A stretch of 64,000 nucleotides of DNA from an uncultured virus (IMG/VR IMGVR_UViG_3300010340_000980) (IMGVR_UViG_3300010340_000980); one strand, 5' to 3'; positions 38,116 to 48,214 are shown, counted from the first letter of the stretch. Notes: a model not told the origin generated them from the letters alone. Numbers and translations are program-made.

Positions 38116-39412
38116 AAAATTAGGTAGAAATGCATTAGATTTTTTAAAAACAAAATCTAAATTACCAAATTCTGGCATTATTGCTGGTGGTTCTTTGGGT
38201 AATTTAATATGGGAACAAGTCTCCGGAAATATTGCTATTATTAATGATATCGATATTTTTGTTTTTGAAAATACTATAAACATAGATGAAGTCTATGGTG
38301 ACAACACAAATACAAATAATAGAAAAAAGTTATTTTATCGTAGTCAAGAAAAGATATATTGGAAAGACTATACTGGACTTTGTGAAGGTTCTAGGACTAA
38401 AGATTTCTATTTAATTGAAAAAACAAGTACAGATGGATTGATTAATTATATTCATTATTCATCTACATCAAATAAACCTGAACTAGTAATTGATTCATTT
38501 GATATTAATTGCACTCAAATTGGATATGACATAGAAAATGATAGATTTTTTTGGACAAAAGAATTTGAATATTTTTTAAAAACTGGAAATCTAAAATTAA
38601 CTAATTTAGGAAGTCCACAACATTCATCAATTCGTATTCTTAAAAAAAGGGATGAACTCAATGCGAATTTAGATGATATCGAGTTAAAAATAAGTGCCTT
38701 TACTATTTCAAAGTCTTTATCTGGAATAACTAGAAGATATTTTTCAGATAAATACTTTGAAGTTTATAAAAAATATCACAATGAACTTTCTGAGTATTTT
38801 AAAATCTCTAAAGAAGATCAAATTGCAAATTTGATAAATGAAAGGAAACAATCTATTGGTGATCCGGGACCAGATAAAATTAATATTTATACATTAAACA
38901 CAATCATTGCGTGTGAAAATATTTTTAAAGATGAAATAGAACTAGATATACTTAATAAAATTTGGAATTGTAATGATTTTTTATTTTTCATGAGGAATAT
39001 TCAAAATGAATTTAACTCATTTAAAGTGTGGTGTAAATTACAACCACTTTATATATATGAAGATTATTTAGATTGTGAACCATCTGATGATGATTTAGAT
39101 CAATTGAGTAGAGTCATTGAAAATATACCGAACTCAATAAAAAACTTACAAGGATTTACACTTTCAAATCAAATCAAATTTATTAAAAAACTATTTGAGG
39201 TATTTAAAGATGATATATCAATAGCATTCGCTCTATTAGAAAATAAGAGAATAGATCCTAATATTTTGTTTGATAAACAAAATATATTACTTTTAGAGCT
39301 TTCTGTAAGAAAAGAAATTGTAAATAATAACTATAATATTGATAAAATATTGTGTAATAAAATTATTTTTACACAAGATCTAAATAAAAACGACATTGAT
39401 TTACTTTTTTAA
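38105..39412 (+). CDS. nucleotidyltransferase-superfamily protein (CCA-adding/poly(A) polymerase-like head)
   Basis: IAGGSL...DIDIF, FDINCTQIGY, RILKK. Confidence 0.6.
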   Translation: MQIEKLGRNALDFLKTKSKLPNSGIIAGGSLGNLIWEQVSGNIAIINDIDIFVFENTINIDEVYGDNTNTNNRKKLFYRSQEKIYWKDYTGLCEGSRTKDFYLIEKTSTDGLINYIHYSSTSNKPELVIDSFDINCTQIGYDIENDRFFWTKEFEYFLKTGNLKLTNLGSPQHSSIRILKKRDELNANLDDIELKISAFTISKSLSGITRRYFSDKYFEVYKKYHNELSEYFKISKEDQIANLINERKQSIGDPGPDKINIYTLNTIIACENIFKDEIELDILNKIWNCNDFLFFMRNIQNEFNSFKVWCKLQPLYIYEDYLDCEPSDDDLDQLSRVIENIPNSIKNLQGFTLSNQIKFIKKLFEVFKDDISIAFALLENKRIDPNILFDKQNILLLELSVRKEIVNNNYNIDKILCNKIIFTQDLNKNDIDLLF

Positions 39413-39435
39413 TATATAAATAAAATTCATAAATT

Positions 39436-39987
39436 ATGCAAGAATTATTAAATAGATGGAATATTAAACTTGATTATAATATTCTTCTCTCAATGTGGAA
39501 TGAATCTCATAGAACATATCATAATCAAAATCACTTACTTGATTTGTTAAATCAAATAAATGAGAACAAATCTAAATTTGAATCTCATAAAGATTATGAA
39601 AAAATGATACTTTGTGCACTTTTTCACGATTGTATTTATAATCCAATGAGTAATGATAATGAGGAGAAAAGTGCTGAGTTTTTCATGAATTGTTGTCAAG
39701 AAAAAAATCAAGATGTTTTAGATATTAAACAAATGATTCTTGATACAAAAACACATGAATCTACTACACCTCTTTCCGAAGAGTTCAATCAATTAGATAT
39801 GAACATTGTAGAAAGAGATTTCAATCAATTACTTGAATGGGAAAATGGTATTCATGAGGAGTATAAAGCATATGGTGATATGTATAAAATGGGTCGTCTT
39901 CAATTTTTAGAAAGCTTATTGGATAAATACCCACATAATACAGAAAATTTATTAAAATTGATTGATTGGGTCAAAACTAATTACTAA
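39436..39987 (+). CDS. HD-superfamily hydrolase
   Basis: R.YH...H, LFHDCIY, NEEKSA, T..H, D. Confidence 0.85.
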   Translation: MQELLNRWNIKLDYNILLSMWNESHRTYHNQNHLLDLLNQINENKSKFESHKDYEKMILCALFHDCIYNPMSNDNEEKSAEFFMNCCQEKNQDVLDIKQMILDTKTHESTTPLSEEFNQLDMNIVERDFNQLLEWENGIHEEYKAYGDMYKMGRLQFLESLLDKYPHNTENLLKLIDWVKTNY

Positions 39988-39990
39988 ATT

Positions 39991-40458
39991 ATGGAATATG
40001 GTATTTTATATGCTAAAGTTACTTTTCCAAGTAATCATAAATTAAGTTGGTTGAATTACTGTTTTTTAACGGATATTTTGCCAAAAAATTTACAAAATGA
40101 AATTAAAAAATTATCTACTGAAATAAATTTAAAATATAAAGATTCTATAGTTATTCCAATGGATAATAGAATTATACCTGGATGTGTTTCAAAGCCTGAA
40201 ATGATTGAAGAAATTGCCAATGAAATATACCAAGGTATGTTAAATATTTTTAAAAAACTTACTGGTGAAGAAAATTGTATTAGATTGGTATATGGTATAG
40301 GTGATATAGATCAAGATCATTTAGAGAATAATGTAGATTCAACTCATGAAATTGGTAACTTCCCAATAATGATCAAAATAGGACATTTTTTAGATTATGG
40401 TCCAGCTGGTAAAAAGTCTGGAAAGAATGATTATACACCAGGTATATTTAAAGTATAA
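39991..40458 (+). CDS. hypothetical protein
   Basis: 155-aa ORF. Confidence 0.6.
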   Translation: MEYGILYAKVTFPSNHKLSWLNYCFLTDILPKNLQNEIKKLSTEINLKYKDSIVIPMDNRIIPGCVSKPEMIEEIANEIYQGMLNIFKKLTGEENCIRLVYGIGDIDQDHLENNVDSTHEIGNFPIMIKIGHFLDYGPAGKKSGKNDYTPGIFKV

Positions 40459-40663
40459 ATTTATTGGTATCATCCAATAAATGTTCTATTTTTTTATCTC
40501 TAAGCTCTTCTCTATATGATTTTTCACATTGGTCAATCATACAGTTCATAGTTTTTCGAGTTTGTTCGGTATCAAATTCCCATTGAAACCTCAGGGCTAT
40601 TTCTATTCTTTGTTCAGTATATTTTCTACCAATTTCTTTAACAGATTCTTCAATACTTTTCAT
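40448..40663 (-). CDS. hypothetical protein with RDKKIEHLL motif
   Basis: Coupled to the upstream peptidase gene. Confidence 0.6.
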   Translation of the reverse strand: MKSIEESVKEIGRKYTEQRIEIALRFQWEFDTEQTRKTMNCMIDQCEKSYREELRDKKIEHLLDDTNKFIL

Positions 40664-41772
40664 TATTTTTTAAATTCTTTTTTATCATTTGAGATATAAA
40701 ATTTATCAAAATCATAATATTGTTCATAAACTTTTTTGATATCTGATAATTTTACCGTATCTAAAATATCATAGACAGACCAACCTTCAGGTTGAATCCA
40801 TTGATTAACATTTTTATATCGAAGGATCTCGTCTTTTTCCATTCTTACTTTATAGTAATCTTTTACTAGATCAAATCGTTCTTTATTTAAAAACTTTTTA
40901 GGATCATTCAGAACAGTTTTAATACCTTCAATTACTCCATCAAAATTTCTATTTGAAGTTTGTGTATCAATTGATATTATCCCTTGTTTATTAAGTCTAG
41001 CTTGATAACAGTGTATATAATACACTAATCCTCTTTTTTCTCTAACCTCATCATAAAGTGGGGATTTTAATCCAAGTGATAACATAGCATTTAAAAAATG
41101 TACTTCAGCATTCTTCTCCTCAATAAATTGACTTAGGCAAATGATTGAAGTTTTATCTTTAAAATCATTATTTAATTCAAGAGGTACTTTATGATTGCCA
41201 AATTCAAATTTTTTATCAATTTTTCTATCAGAAAATTCAATGTCTAAATTTTTCAATTTTTTGTTTTTAGACACATTAATAATTTTTGTAGGTTTTGCAT
41301 ATTGTAATTCATAGAAATTTAAACAATCCATGAATTTTAATTTTTCTAAATCTTCTTTAAATCCAATTGGATCATAGTCGTTAAATAACTTTCTACTTAA
41401 ATTCAATGAATGTGATTGCGACTGATCATTAAAAGTATCTTCATATTCTTGTAAAACAATTTGTCTTTCATTTTCAAACTGATCTTTTGTTATTTCAAAA
41501 CTTTGAAGAGCTTCTAAATATCCCTTTTTATGTTTGTCTATCTTTTCATCGAGACCAGTCATGTAAAATACAATTTCATTCGATGATGTATAAGCATTCC
41601 ACTCAATACCGTCTCTATCGAAATCTTGAATCATATGGAAAAAAGTCTTGCATAAAAGGTGCTCCATAAGATGTGACAACCCATACCATCCTGGCTTTTC
41701 AATGTTTGTTGAACCTTCATAAACAACATAAAGTCCTGATAAACTAGATTGTGATTTTAAATTTATTATCAT
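40663..41772 (-). CDS. M16 (insulinase) family zinc peptidase
   Basis: G.SHLMEH (HxxEH), NAYTS, S.LY.EVREKRGLVY. Confidence 0.92.
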   Translation of the reverse strand: MIINLKSQSSLSGLYVVYEGSTNIEKPGWYGLSHLMEHLLCKTFFHMIQDFDRDGIEWNAYTSSNEIVFYMTGLDEKIDKHKKGYLEALQSFEITKDQFENERQIVLQEYEDTFNDQSQSHSLNLSRKLFNDYDPIGFKEDLEKLKFMDCLNFYELQYAKPTKIINVSKNKKLKNLDIEFSDRKIDKKFEFGNHKVPLELNNDFKDKTSIICLSQFIEEKNAEVHFLNAMLSLGLKSPLYDEVREKRGLVYYIHCYQARLNKQGIISIDTQTSNRNFDGVIEGIKTVLNDPKKFLNKERFDLVKDYYKVRMEKDEILRYKNVNQWIQPEGWSVYDILDTVKLSDIKKVYEQYYDFDKFYISNDKKEFKK

Positions 41773-41871
41773 TTTATAGTTAAATTTAAATTATATATCA
41801 ATTTTTATCATCTTAATGTTGGATATTGTCACACAAAGGAACATAATTTTTATATATAAAATAAAAATTAT

Positions 41872-42843
41872 ATGAATAAAGAACTATTTGATTATTTTAC
41901 AACAGATAATAATTCTGGTAAAAAATGCACAGAAAAATGGCTAAGAAATAATAATGAATCACTCTATAATGAAATTAATAGTTGGTCAGAAAGAACTGAC
42001 ATTCTAAAAGATATAGAATTCAAAAGGAAAGTATATCATTATATAAATGAAATGACTTATATACCAACTTGTAAAACTTGTGGATCTTCTATTAAATATA
42101 GAAGATTAAAAGATGGATACGGAACTTATTGCTCAGATAAATGTGTGAAAAACTCAGATGAGTATTATGAAAATTGGTTGTCTTCTATTAAAAAGACCAA
42201 TAGTAGTGGTCTATATTTAGAAAAAAGAAAAAAAACTCTTGAATCTAAATATGGAAATCTATATAATAAAGTTATACAAGAGAATAGAGAAAAGTCGATG
42301 AATGAAAAATATGGAGTTTATAATTCATTTCAAATTTTGGAAATAAAGAAAAAAAGAAAAAAAACTCTTAAAGAAAAATATGGTTCTGAAAAATTTAATA
42401 ATCCAGATAAAACAAGAATTACTAGAATAAAAAACGGAACACAAATTAATGACGAAATTATAAAAGAATTTATAGATTATAAAAAAGTTGCAACAAATAG
42501 AACAATAACTATTTATAATAATAATAAAGAATTGATAAATCCAAAAAATTTAAAAAGGTCTAAGAAGGACTACCATATAGATCATATCTACTCATTAAAA
42601 CAAGGATTTTTGAATAATATACCTGTTGAAATTATAACGCATCCATGTAATCTACATATGATAAATTATAAGGATAATTTAATTAAACAGGATAATTGTT
42701 GGATAGAAATTGAAGATCTTTTAAAAAAGATAATATATTTTAATATTGAGATAAATTTCACACACGAAAATTTAAAAAATAAATACTCAGATATTAAAGA
42801 AAAGTCAGAAAATATATTAATTGATTTATATTATCAACCTTAG
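41872..42843 (+). CDS. putative homing endonuclease (Zn-finger, KYG repeats, HNH-like)
   Basis: C..CG, YCS.KC, KYG repeats, YHIDHIYS...GF...H..NL..N..K. Confidence 0.7.
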   Translation: MNKELFDYFTTDNNSGKKCTEKWLRNNNESLYNEINSWSERTDILKDIEFKRKVYHYINEMTYIPTCKTCGSSIKYRRLKDGYGTYCSDKCVKNSDEYYENWLSSIKKTNSSGLYLEKRKKTLESKYGNLYNKVIQENREKSMNEKYGVYNSFQILEIKKKRKKTLKEKYGSEKFNNPDKTRITRIKNGTQINDEIIKEFIDYKKVATNRTITIYNNNKELINPKNLKRSKKDYHIDHIYSLKQGFLNNIPVEIITHPCNLHMINYKDNLIKQDNCWIEIEDLLKKIIYFNIEINFTHENLKNKYSDIKEKSENILIDLYYQP

Positions 42844-43718
42844 TTCTTATTTAAAAGCAAGGATATTAAATACTTATTTCTGTATTCTACTTTTGATTTC
42901 TTTTTAATATCCCAAATAAGTAATAACATTGTGATAATAAAAAATATAGAAATAAAAATAATTGTATTTACATATTTTGAAAAATTCAAATTTAATTTAG
43001 ATATAAGTAATTCTTGAGACTTTTTATTTTCATAATTAAAATCTGAAATTCTACTATTTAAAATTAATCTAATTTCATAAGATAAATTATTATTTATAAA
43101 AATATAATTTTGAAATGAGTTATAATCAATTTTTTGATTTGTCTTATTAAATTTTGAAAATCCATCTATATCAAATTCACTGGTGGTTCGATAAACCGTA
43201 TCTATATCAATTATAGTATCTGTTTTAGATTTACTAAATAATCTACCTTTAGTTTTAATAATCTTAGTAGTAGGAATATATTCAGTGACAATTTTGTCAA
43301 CTTTAAAGTCATTCTTATCAATTTTTATATCATTGCTTTTCTTATAAGAGTTTATAACTCTAAATAATATATCTTTCTCTATAAAAAGAGAGTCAATTAA
43401 ATCTGATTTTTTTTTCGATAAATTAAAACTATCTTTATATGAATAATAAGTATCTAACTTTTCATCAATATTTAAATTTTTAAGAGACATTGATAACAAT
43501 TCATCTTCTAATAAAGAAAAGTTATTTAATCGTTCTATCAATTTAATTCTCTCAATTTCTGTTTTATTTATTTGTATAGTAATAGATTTTGCAGAATCTA
43601 CCGAATCTCTAATATAGTTATATCCAAATGATATACTAAATCCCATTGAAAATATCAATATGAATATTTCCAAATTTATAAATGTTAATACTTTTAAAAT
43701 GGATTTTATCTTACTCAT
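42840..43718 (-). CDS. two-TM membrane protein (sensor-ectodomain-like topology)
   Basis: N- and C-terminal TM helices; start moved to the ATG behind TAATATATAC. Confidence 0.6.
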   Translation of the reverse strand: MSKIKSILKVLTFINLEIFILIFSMGFSISFGYNYIRDSVDSAKSITIQINKTEIERIKLIERLNNFSLLEDELLSMSLKNLNIDEKLDTYYSYKDSFNLSKKKSDLIDSLFIEKDILFRVINSYKKSNDIKIDKNDFKVDKIVTEYIPTTKIIKTKGRLFSKSKTDTIIDIDTVYRTTSEFDIDGFSKFNKTNQKIDYNSFQNYIFINNNLSYEIRLILNSRISDFNYENKKSQELLISKLNLNFSKYVNTIIFISIFFIITMLLLIWDIKKKSKVEYRNKYLISLLLNKN

Positions 43719-43798
43719 AAAAGTATATATTAGAATTCTTTTGATAAAATTTGTTTTGTAATCATTTTTAACTATATTTGTGTTTATAAATAAAAGGA

Positions 43799-44431
43799 AT
43801 GTTAGAAATAGGATTAACAGGGTGTAGATATTCTGGTAAAACATCAGTATCTAAATTATTTAGAAAAATTGGAGTTCCTGTATTTGATTCAGATACAGTT
43901 CTAAAATTCATTCTAAATTTTAGAACTCATGTGGATGAACCAATCAGATCAAATGTTGGTAGTTTTGTTTATAATTCAGGATTTTTAGATCCATCAGCAT
44001 TTATAACAGATTCATTATTTGACAGAACTATCGATGTGGTAGAATTTGAACTACTACAAGCTTGGGATAAATTTAAAGAAAAACATAAAGACAAACCATA
44101 TGTTATTTTTGAAAGTTCTATTCTCTTTGAAAGAAAGTGGGATCAAAAATTTGATCGGGTAATATCAGTTTTTGCACCAAAAGAGGAAAGAGTTTATAGA
44201 GCAAAGATGGATTCAAGTATGAGAATTGATTATATTTGGTCTTCTTTTGATAAAGAGATATCTGAGTTAGAAAAAAACTCAAATAGTAACTATATAATTC
44301 ATAACTATGATGGGGGACCTGATGTATTAGATCAAGTCAATGGTATTGATACTAAAATCACCAATATTCATCTTGATAATAAAATAGTTAAAAAGAAACA
44401 ATTAACAAAAAATGTTTTTATTTTCCAATAA
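43799..44431 (+). CDS. coaE: dephospho-CoA kinase
   Basis: IGLTG...SGKT.V, G.PV.DSD, E..ILFE, YII.N. Confidence 0.88.
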   Translation: MLEIGLTGCRYSGKTSVSKLFRKIGVPVFDSDTVLKFILNFRTHVDEPIRSNVGSFVYNSGFLDPSAFITDSLFDRTIDVVEFELLQAWDKFKEKHKDKPYVIFESSILFERKWDQKFDRVISVFAPKEERVYRAKMDSSMRIDYIWSSFDKEISELEKNSNSNYIIHNYDGGPDVLDQVNGIDTKITNIHLDNKIVKKKQLTKNVFIFQ

Positions 44432-44880
44432 TGAAAAAAATTCAAATTCAAATTAAACTTATTGAACCATGTACTCATAAATTACTCTTTGTTAAATTAA
44501 TAAAAGAGTGTAGTAATCTGGGTTTAAAAGAATCTAAAGATATTTGTGATAGACTTCATTCATTTCCTCGAGAAATTCAGACTTTTGAAGTTCGTGATGA
44601 TGATGTTATATATGCTAAAAAATTCAGACAAGATATTGTTAATTGTGGTGGTAAATTTCAAGTAAGTGGAGGTGTTGAGTTTCAACGAAACTATAAAATG
44701 TTAGAACTTGGAATTGGGGATGATTCAGACTATATAGATTTTATATCTGAATCTTTTTTTGAAAATAGTTTGGAAAATCCAGAAGAATTTCTTAAATTTG
44801 TACTCACAAAATTCAACAGAGAACAATTAATTGAACTTTTTAATAGAGCAAAAGAATCATATAAATATTTATTAGATTAA
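44431..44880 (+). CDS. protein with ribosomal L7/L12 C-terminal-like domain
   Basis: KL..VKLIKE..NLGLKESKD..D resembles the L7/L12 CTD KI.VIK.VR...GLGLKEAKDLVE. Confidence 0.7.
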   Translation: MKKIQIQIKLIEPCTHKLLFVKLIKECSNLGLKESKDICDRLHSFPREIQTFEVRDDDVIYAKKFRQDIVNCGGKFQVSGGVEFQRNYKMLELGIGDDSDYIDFISESFFENSLENPEEFLKFVLTKFNREQLIELFNRAKESYKYLLD

Positions 44881-45276
44881 ATGGCAAACGCACACGTACA
44901 TTCAAAATCATCAGCTCGTCGATATGGTGGGCAACCAGAAGATTATTTAAATATCCATATTAAAATGGACTGTTCAAAAGCTTATGTGGCCGATAATCGG
45001 CATCGAGCTCTCACACACACAAATTTTTGGATTCATGAGGTCATGATTCCAATTTTTGGTTATACTATTAAAAATTCAGTTGGTCGCGAAGTGTGTGTAA
45101 AAGATTTATGTGAACAACATATTCTTGAAGATTTTGGTATGAGATTTATTCCCACTGCTCAAGACTACCTAGAAAATATGGAGTTTAAAGACTGGATGCA
45201 AAATGGTATCAAAGGTCATCCTGCTTCTTTTGAAAAAATTTCACAAAAAGGCAATATTAAAATAAATGCTGATTAA
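44881..45276 (+). CDS. conserved phage protein (DUF6915-like)
   Basis: H..SSARRYGG.PEDY..IH..MD, RHRAL.H, EQHILED. Confidence 0.7.
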   Translation: MANAHVHSKSSARRYGGQPEDYLNIHIKMDCSKAYVADNRHRALTHTNFWIHEVMIPIFGYTIKNSVGREVCVKDLCEQHILEDFGMRFIPTAQDYLENMEFKDWMQNGIKGHPASFEKISQKGNIKINAD

Positions 45277-45953
45277 TGAGAGTAATAAGTCTTAAATCAA
45301 ATTCAAAGATATTAAAAGGTGTTGTTTATGAGGCAGACACATTTAATATTACTCGTATAAGAATTCAATATCCAACTGGTGGATATGGATCGTATCTCTC
45401 TAAAAACTTTACGGATTTAAATGGAAATCCACTACCCGCAATAAGTTATGTAAATCCAAATAGCCAAACTATTGAAGAAGAATTTGATATCGATAGTTTA
45501 AAAATAAATGATATTATTGTTTGTAACTCAAACAAATATAAATACTTAGTAAAAGGTGCCAAATATCAGATCTTAGAAATTTCAAATAAAAATATTTGGA
45601 GTGCACAAATTAAACTCAAAGGATATAATCGTAGAATTAAATTTACTAAATGGGATTTTAGAAAATTATCTCTGCAAGAGACTAGAGAAATTGCACTTTC
45701 TCAAATTTTCAATCAACCTGAAAACTTCTCAGTTGATTTTGTTAGAAAATTTGATAAAGAAACGAACAAAACTAAAATATTAGTACAATCATTAGCTAAA
45801 TCTATTTTAGATCCTTATCGACATCAATATAATATTGTTGATTGGTCAATAGAAAAGACTAAATTTCAAAATCTTAAAAAAGAAGATTTCAATGAAATAA
45901 TGAATTTACCACTTTCAGAAGTTTTAAAACTTTATGAAAATTCAATAGTATAA
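45276..45953 (+). CDS. hypothetical protein with internal REIALSQIF motif
   Basis: 225-aa ORF. Confidence 0.6.
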   Translation: MRVISLKSNSKILKGVVYEADTFNITRIRIQYPTGGYGSYLSKNFTDLNGNPLPAISYVNPNSQTIEEEFDIDSLKINDIIVCNSNKYKYLVKGAKYQILEISNKNIWSAQIKLKGYNRRIKFTKWDFRKLSLQETREIALSQIFNQPENFSVDFVRKFDKETNKTKILVQSLAKSILDPYRHQYNIVDWSIEKTKFQNLKKEDFNEIMNLPLSEVLKLYENSIV

Positions 45954-45984
45954 TAAATCTTTAACACTTAAATAAATAAATAAA

Positions 45985-46470
45985 ATGGAAGAAATGATAT
46001 TAGAAATTAAGGAAAAACAAGCTGAAATAAAAAAAATGCAAAAAGAATTGCAGAAAAGATCAGGTGATATTTTCCTATCATCATTCAAAAAATTGTTTGA
46101 AGAAAATCCAGAGTTGAAAAGTTTTGGTTGGACACAATATACACCATATTTCAATGATGGTGATACTTGTTATTTTTCAGCAAATACCGATTATCTTTGG
46201 ATAAATGGTGAAAATGAAGATGATGCATCTTGGGCTCAAGAGAAAAAAGTAATCAGTTGGGGAACATATAATCGTGATAAACGAGTATATGAGGGTAGAA
46301 TTGAACAAGATAATCCGGACTATAATCCAAAACTTAAAGAAATCTCAAATAAAATTAAAAACTTTTTAAATATATTTGATGAGGATTTTTATAAAAACCA
46401 ATTTGGAGATCATACTAAAGTAACAATAACTGAAAAAGGTATTGATACTGATGATTATGAACATGATTAA
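45985..46470 (+). CDS. conserved hypothetical phage protein
   Basis: WTQYTPYFNDGD.C.F and FGDH..V....Y.HD motifs. Confidence 0.7.
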   Translation: MEEMILEIKEKQAEIKKMQKELQKRSGDIFLSSFKKLFEENPELKSFGWTQYTPYFNDGDTCYFSANTDYLWINGENEDDASWAQEKKVISWGTYNRDKRVYEGRIEQDNPDYNPKLKEISNKIKNFLNIFDEDFYKNQFGDHTKVTITEKGIDTDDYEHD

Positions 46471-46525
46471 TCATTCTAAAAACATCAATAATTAAACAAT
46501 TTAAATAAACCAAATAAACTAAATT

Positions 46526-46875
46526 ATGAACACAATTTTAGATTTCGCATCTAGTTACTGGTGGATTGTAGCCATTTTGCTCTCCGCTGTATTTTACAAA
46601 TCCATTTTCCGCCTTTTCGGTATAGTAATTGTACCAGAAGATAAAATCGGGCTTGTTACAAAAAAATTCGTTCTGTTCGGAGCGAACAAAGAACTTAGTG
46701 GTGATCGTATCATCGCAACAAATGGTGAAGCTGGTCTTCAATCAGACTATCTAGCACCAGGGGTGGAACATCAATAGATGGTTTACTTGGACTTCAAATC
46801 TTAGACAAAATGGGTAAAAGCATTGCTCCTACTCAGGAAGTAAAAGAAATTGAAGAACCAAAGTCTAAGAAATAA
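46526..46875 (+). pseudogene. SPFH/band-7 (flotillin-like) gene with large internal deletion
   Basis: N-terminus ..VPEDKIGLVTKKF..IIATNGEAG.Q...LAPG joined out of frame to a C-terminal tail GGTSIDGLLGLQILDKMGK..KK. Confidence 0.7.
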
Positions 46876-46887
46876 TTTAGACTTTAA

Positions 46888-46927
46888 TAAAAAACCCCTG
46901 TCAATTAACTTTGACAGGGGTTTTTTG
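46888..46927. terminator. bidirectional terminator
   Basis: aaaaaacccctgtcaa-ttaact-ttgacaggggtttttt. Confidence 0.85.
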
Positions 46928-47192
46928 TTGTTGGATTATTTAACTATATTTTTACCGACTATTTTATTTTCTAGCCACTTTGATATAAATCTAAAGTCTC
47001 TAGTTTTTATATCAGTATATTCACCAATATCTCTTTTCATATCTTCAAGTAGATCATCCCAAGTAATAGTATCTGAATTACCTGAGTTTGTAATTGAATC
47101 TTTTCTCTTCTGAAGATATTCTCTAACCTTATCAGAATTATTCTGTATATATTAAAGTTTAAAATCAAAAAACCTACATATACACCCAACCG

Positions 47193-47528
47193 TTAGACAA
47201 CATTCAGTTTGAAGAACCCACATTTACCATCCTCAACTTCGTCATCATAATCCTTGTATTTGAAGAAAATCCAACCACCAGTTCTACTATGTTTGATGTC
47301 TATTGTATCTTCAATAACAAATTGTCCTATTTCAGACATTTCTTCTATTAGTATTTTCTTCAAACCTTCGTCATCCATCGCACAATGTTGAAGATTAACA
47401 CTATCCCTATGTCCATCATTAGTAAGTAGATAAACTGAACGTTGTCTAACATCAGATATATTCAAGTTTTCTGATTCAGTTAGTTTCTGTTTGAAAGTGT
47501 CTATGTATTTTCTCATTTCGTGTTCCAT
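47193..47528 (-). CDS. cassette protein with attC-encoded leader (..LTESENLNISD-VR)
   Basis: 111-aa ORF whose stop lies within the GTCTAAC core. Confidence 0.7.
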   Translation of the reverse strand: MEHEMRKYIDTFKQKLTESENLNISDVRQRSVYLLTNDGHRDSVNLQHCAMDDEGLKKILIEEMSEIGQFVIEDTIDIKHSRTGGWIFFKYKDYDDEVEDGKCGFFKLNVV

Positions 47529-47601
47529 AATTTTGCTTTATATATAAATATCAGAAAACCTAAATATATCTGAGGAGCGTTATGTGTAATAAAAAATAAA
47601 A

Positions 47602-47808
47602 CTACTTACTTCCTTTCTGAACACCAATTATATAACCATTGACAAACGATATTAGTTCTGAGTTATTATTGTCAAATCCACCAAAATTATCTGCTTCTTC
47701 CATTGCTTCTTCTATTAAGTCATCATCATCTGATATACAATGTGATTTGACAATATAGAACATTTCGCTATATTCTTTACTTTCATTGAATTTTCTAATA
47801 TGTTTCAT
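47602..47808 (-). CDS. cassette protein with MKHIRKFNES leader
   Basis: 68-aa ORF between ~22-bp inverted repeats. Confidence 0.7.
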   Translation of the reverse strand: MKHIRKFNESKEYSEMFYIVKSHCISDDDDLIEEAMEEADNFGGFDNNNSELISFVNGYIIGVQKGSK

Positions 47809-47865
47809 AATTAATCCCGTTTTATTTTTACTACACATAACAAGGTGTATATGTAAGTTTTTTAT

Positions 47866-48214
47866 TTAGTTATATCCTCTTTTTCTTTCATGTAATCTCA
47901 TGAAATAAACCGCTAATGATTTTATAACTAATTCTTTATCAACACAATCACTAATTAAATTGGTGAGTTCTTCGACATGATCAATAATCTTCATTCGATC
48001 ATTATCATCTATTTCATCTAAATCTTCTTGTAAATCTTCGAAATTAGCACTACCAAATTGCGTTGATAAGATAGAATCTTCTTCACTACCGAACCATTCC
48101 ATATCTTTATTTTCTTCAGCTTATCTACTATTAATTCAAATGAAATAATTAGTAAAGACAGTAATTTTGTTTTCTTTTTTGGAATTCATTAAATTTTTTA
48201 ATATGATTATTCAT
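47866..48214 (-). pseudogene. disrupted gene with MNNHIKKFNEF leader
   Basis: ATG at 48214 gives MNNHIKKFNEFQK then stops; an acidic 78-aa remainder survives at 47866..48102. Confidence 0.5.

Larger units (their letters stand above)
47162..47867 (-). mobile_element. integron-like gene cassette array (two cassettes, one full and two half attC-like sites)
   Basis: GTTAGACAAC/GTTGTCTAAC and GTTATGTGTA../..TACACATAAC inverted core sites bounding each gene; 24-bp imperfect hairpin arms. Confidence 0.6.
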
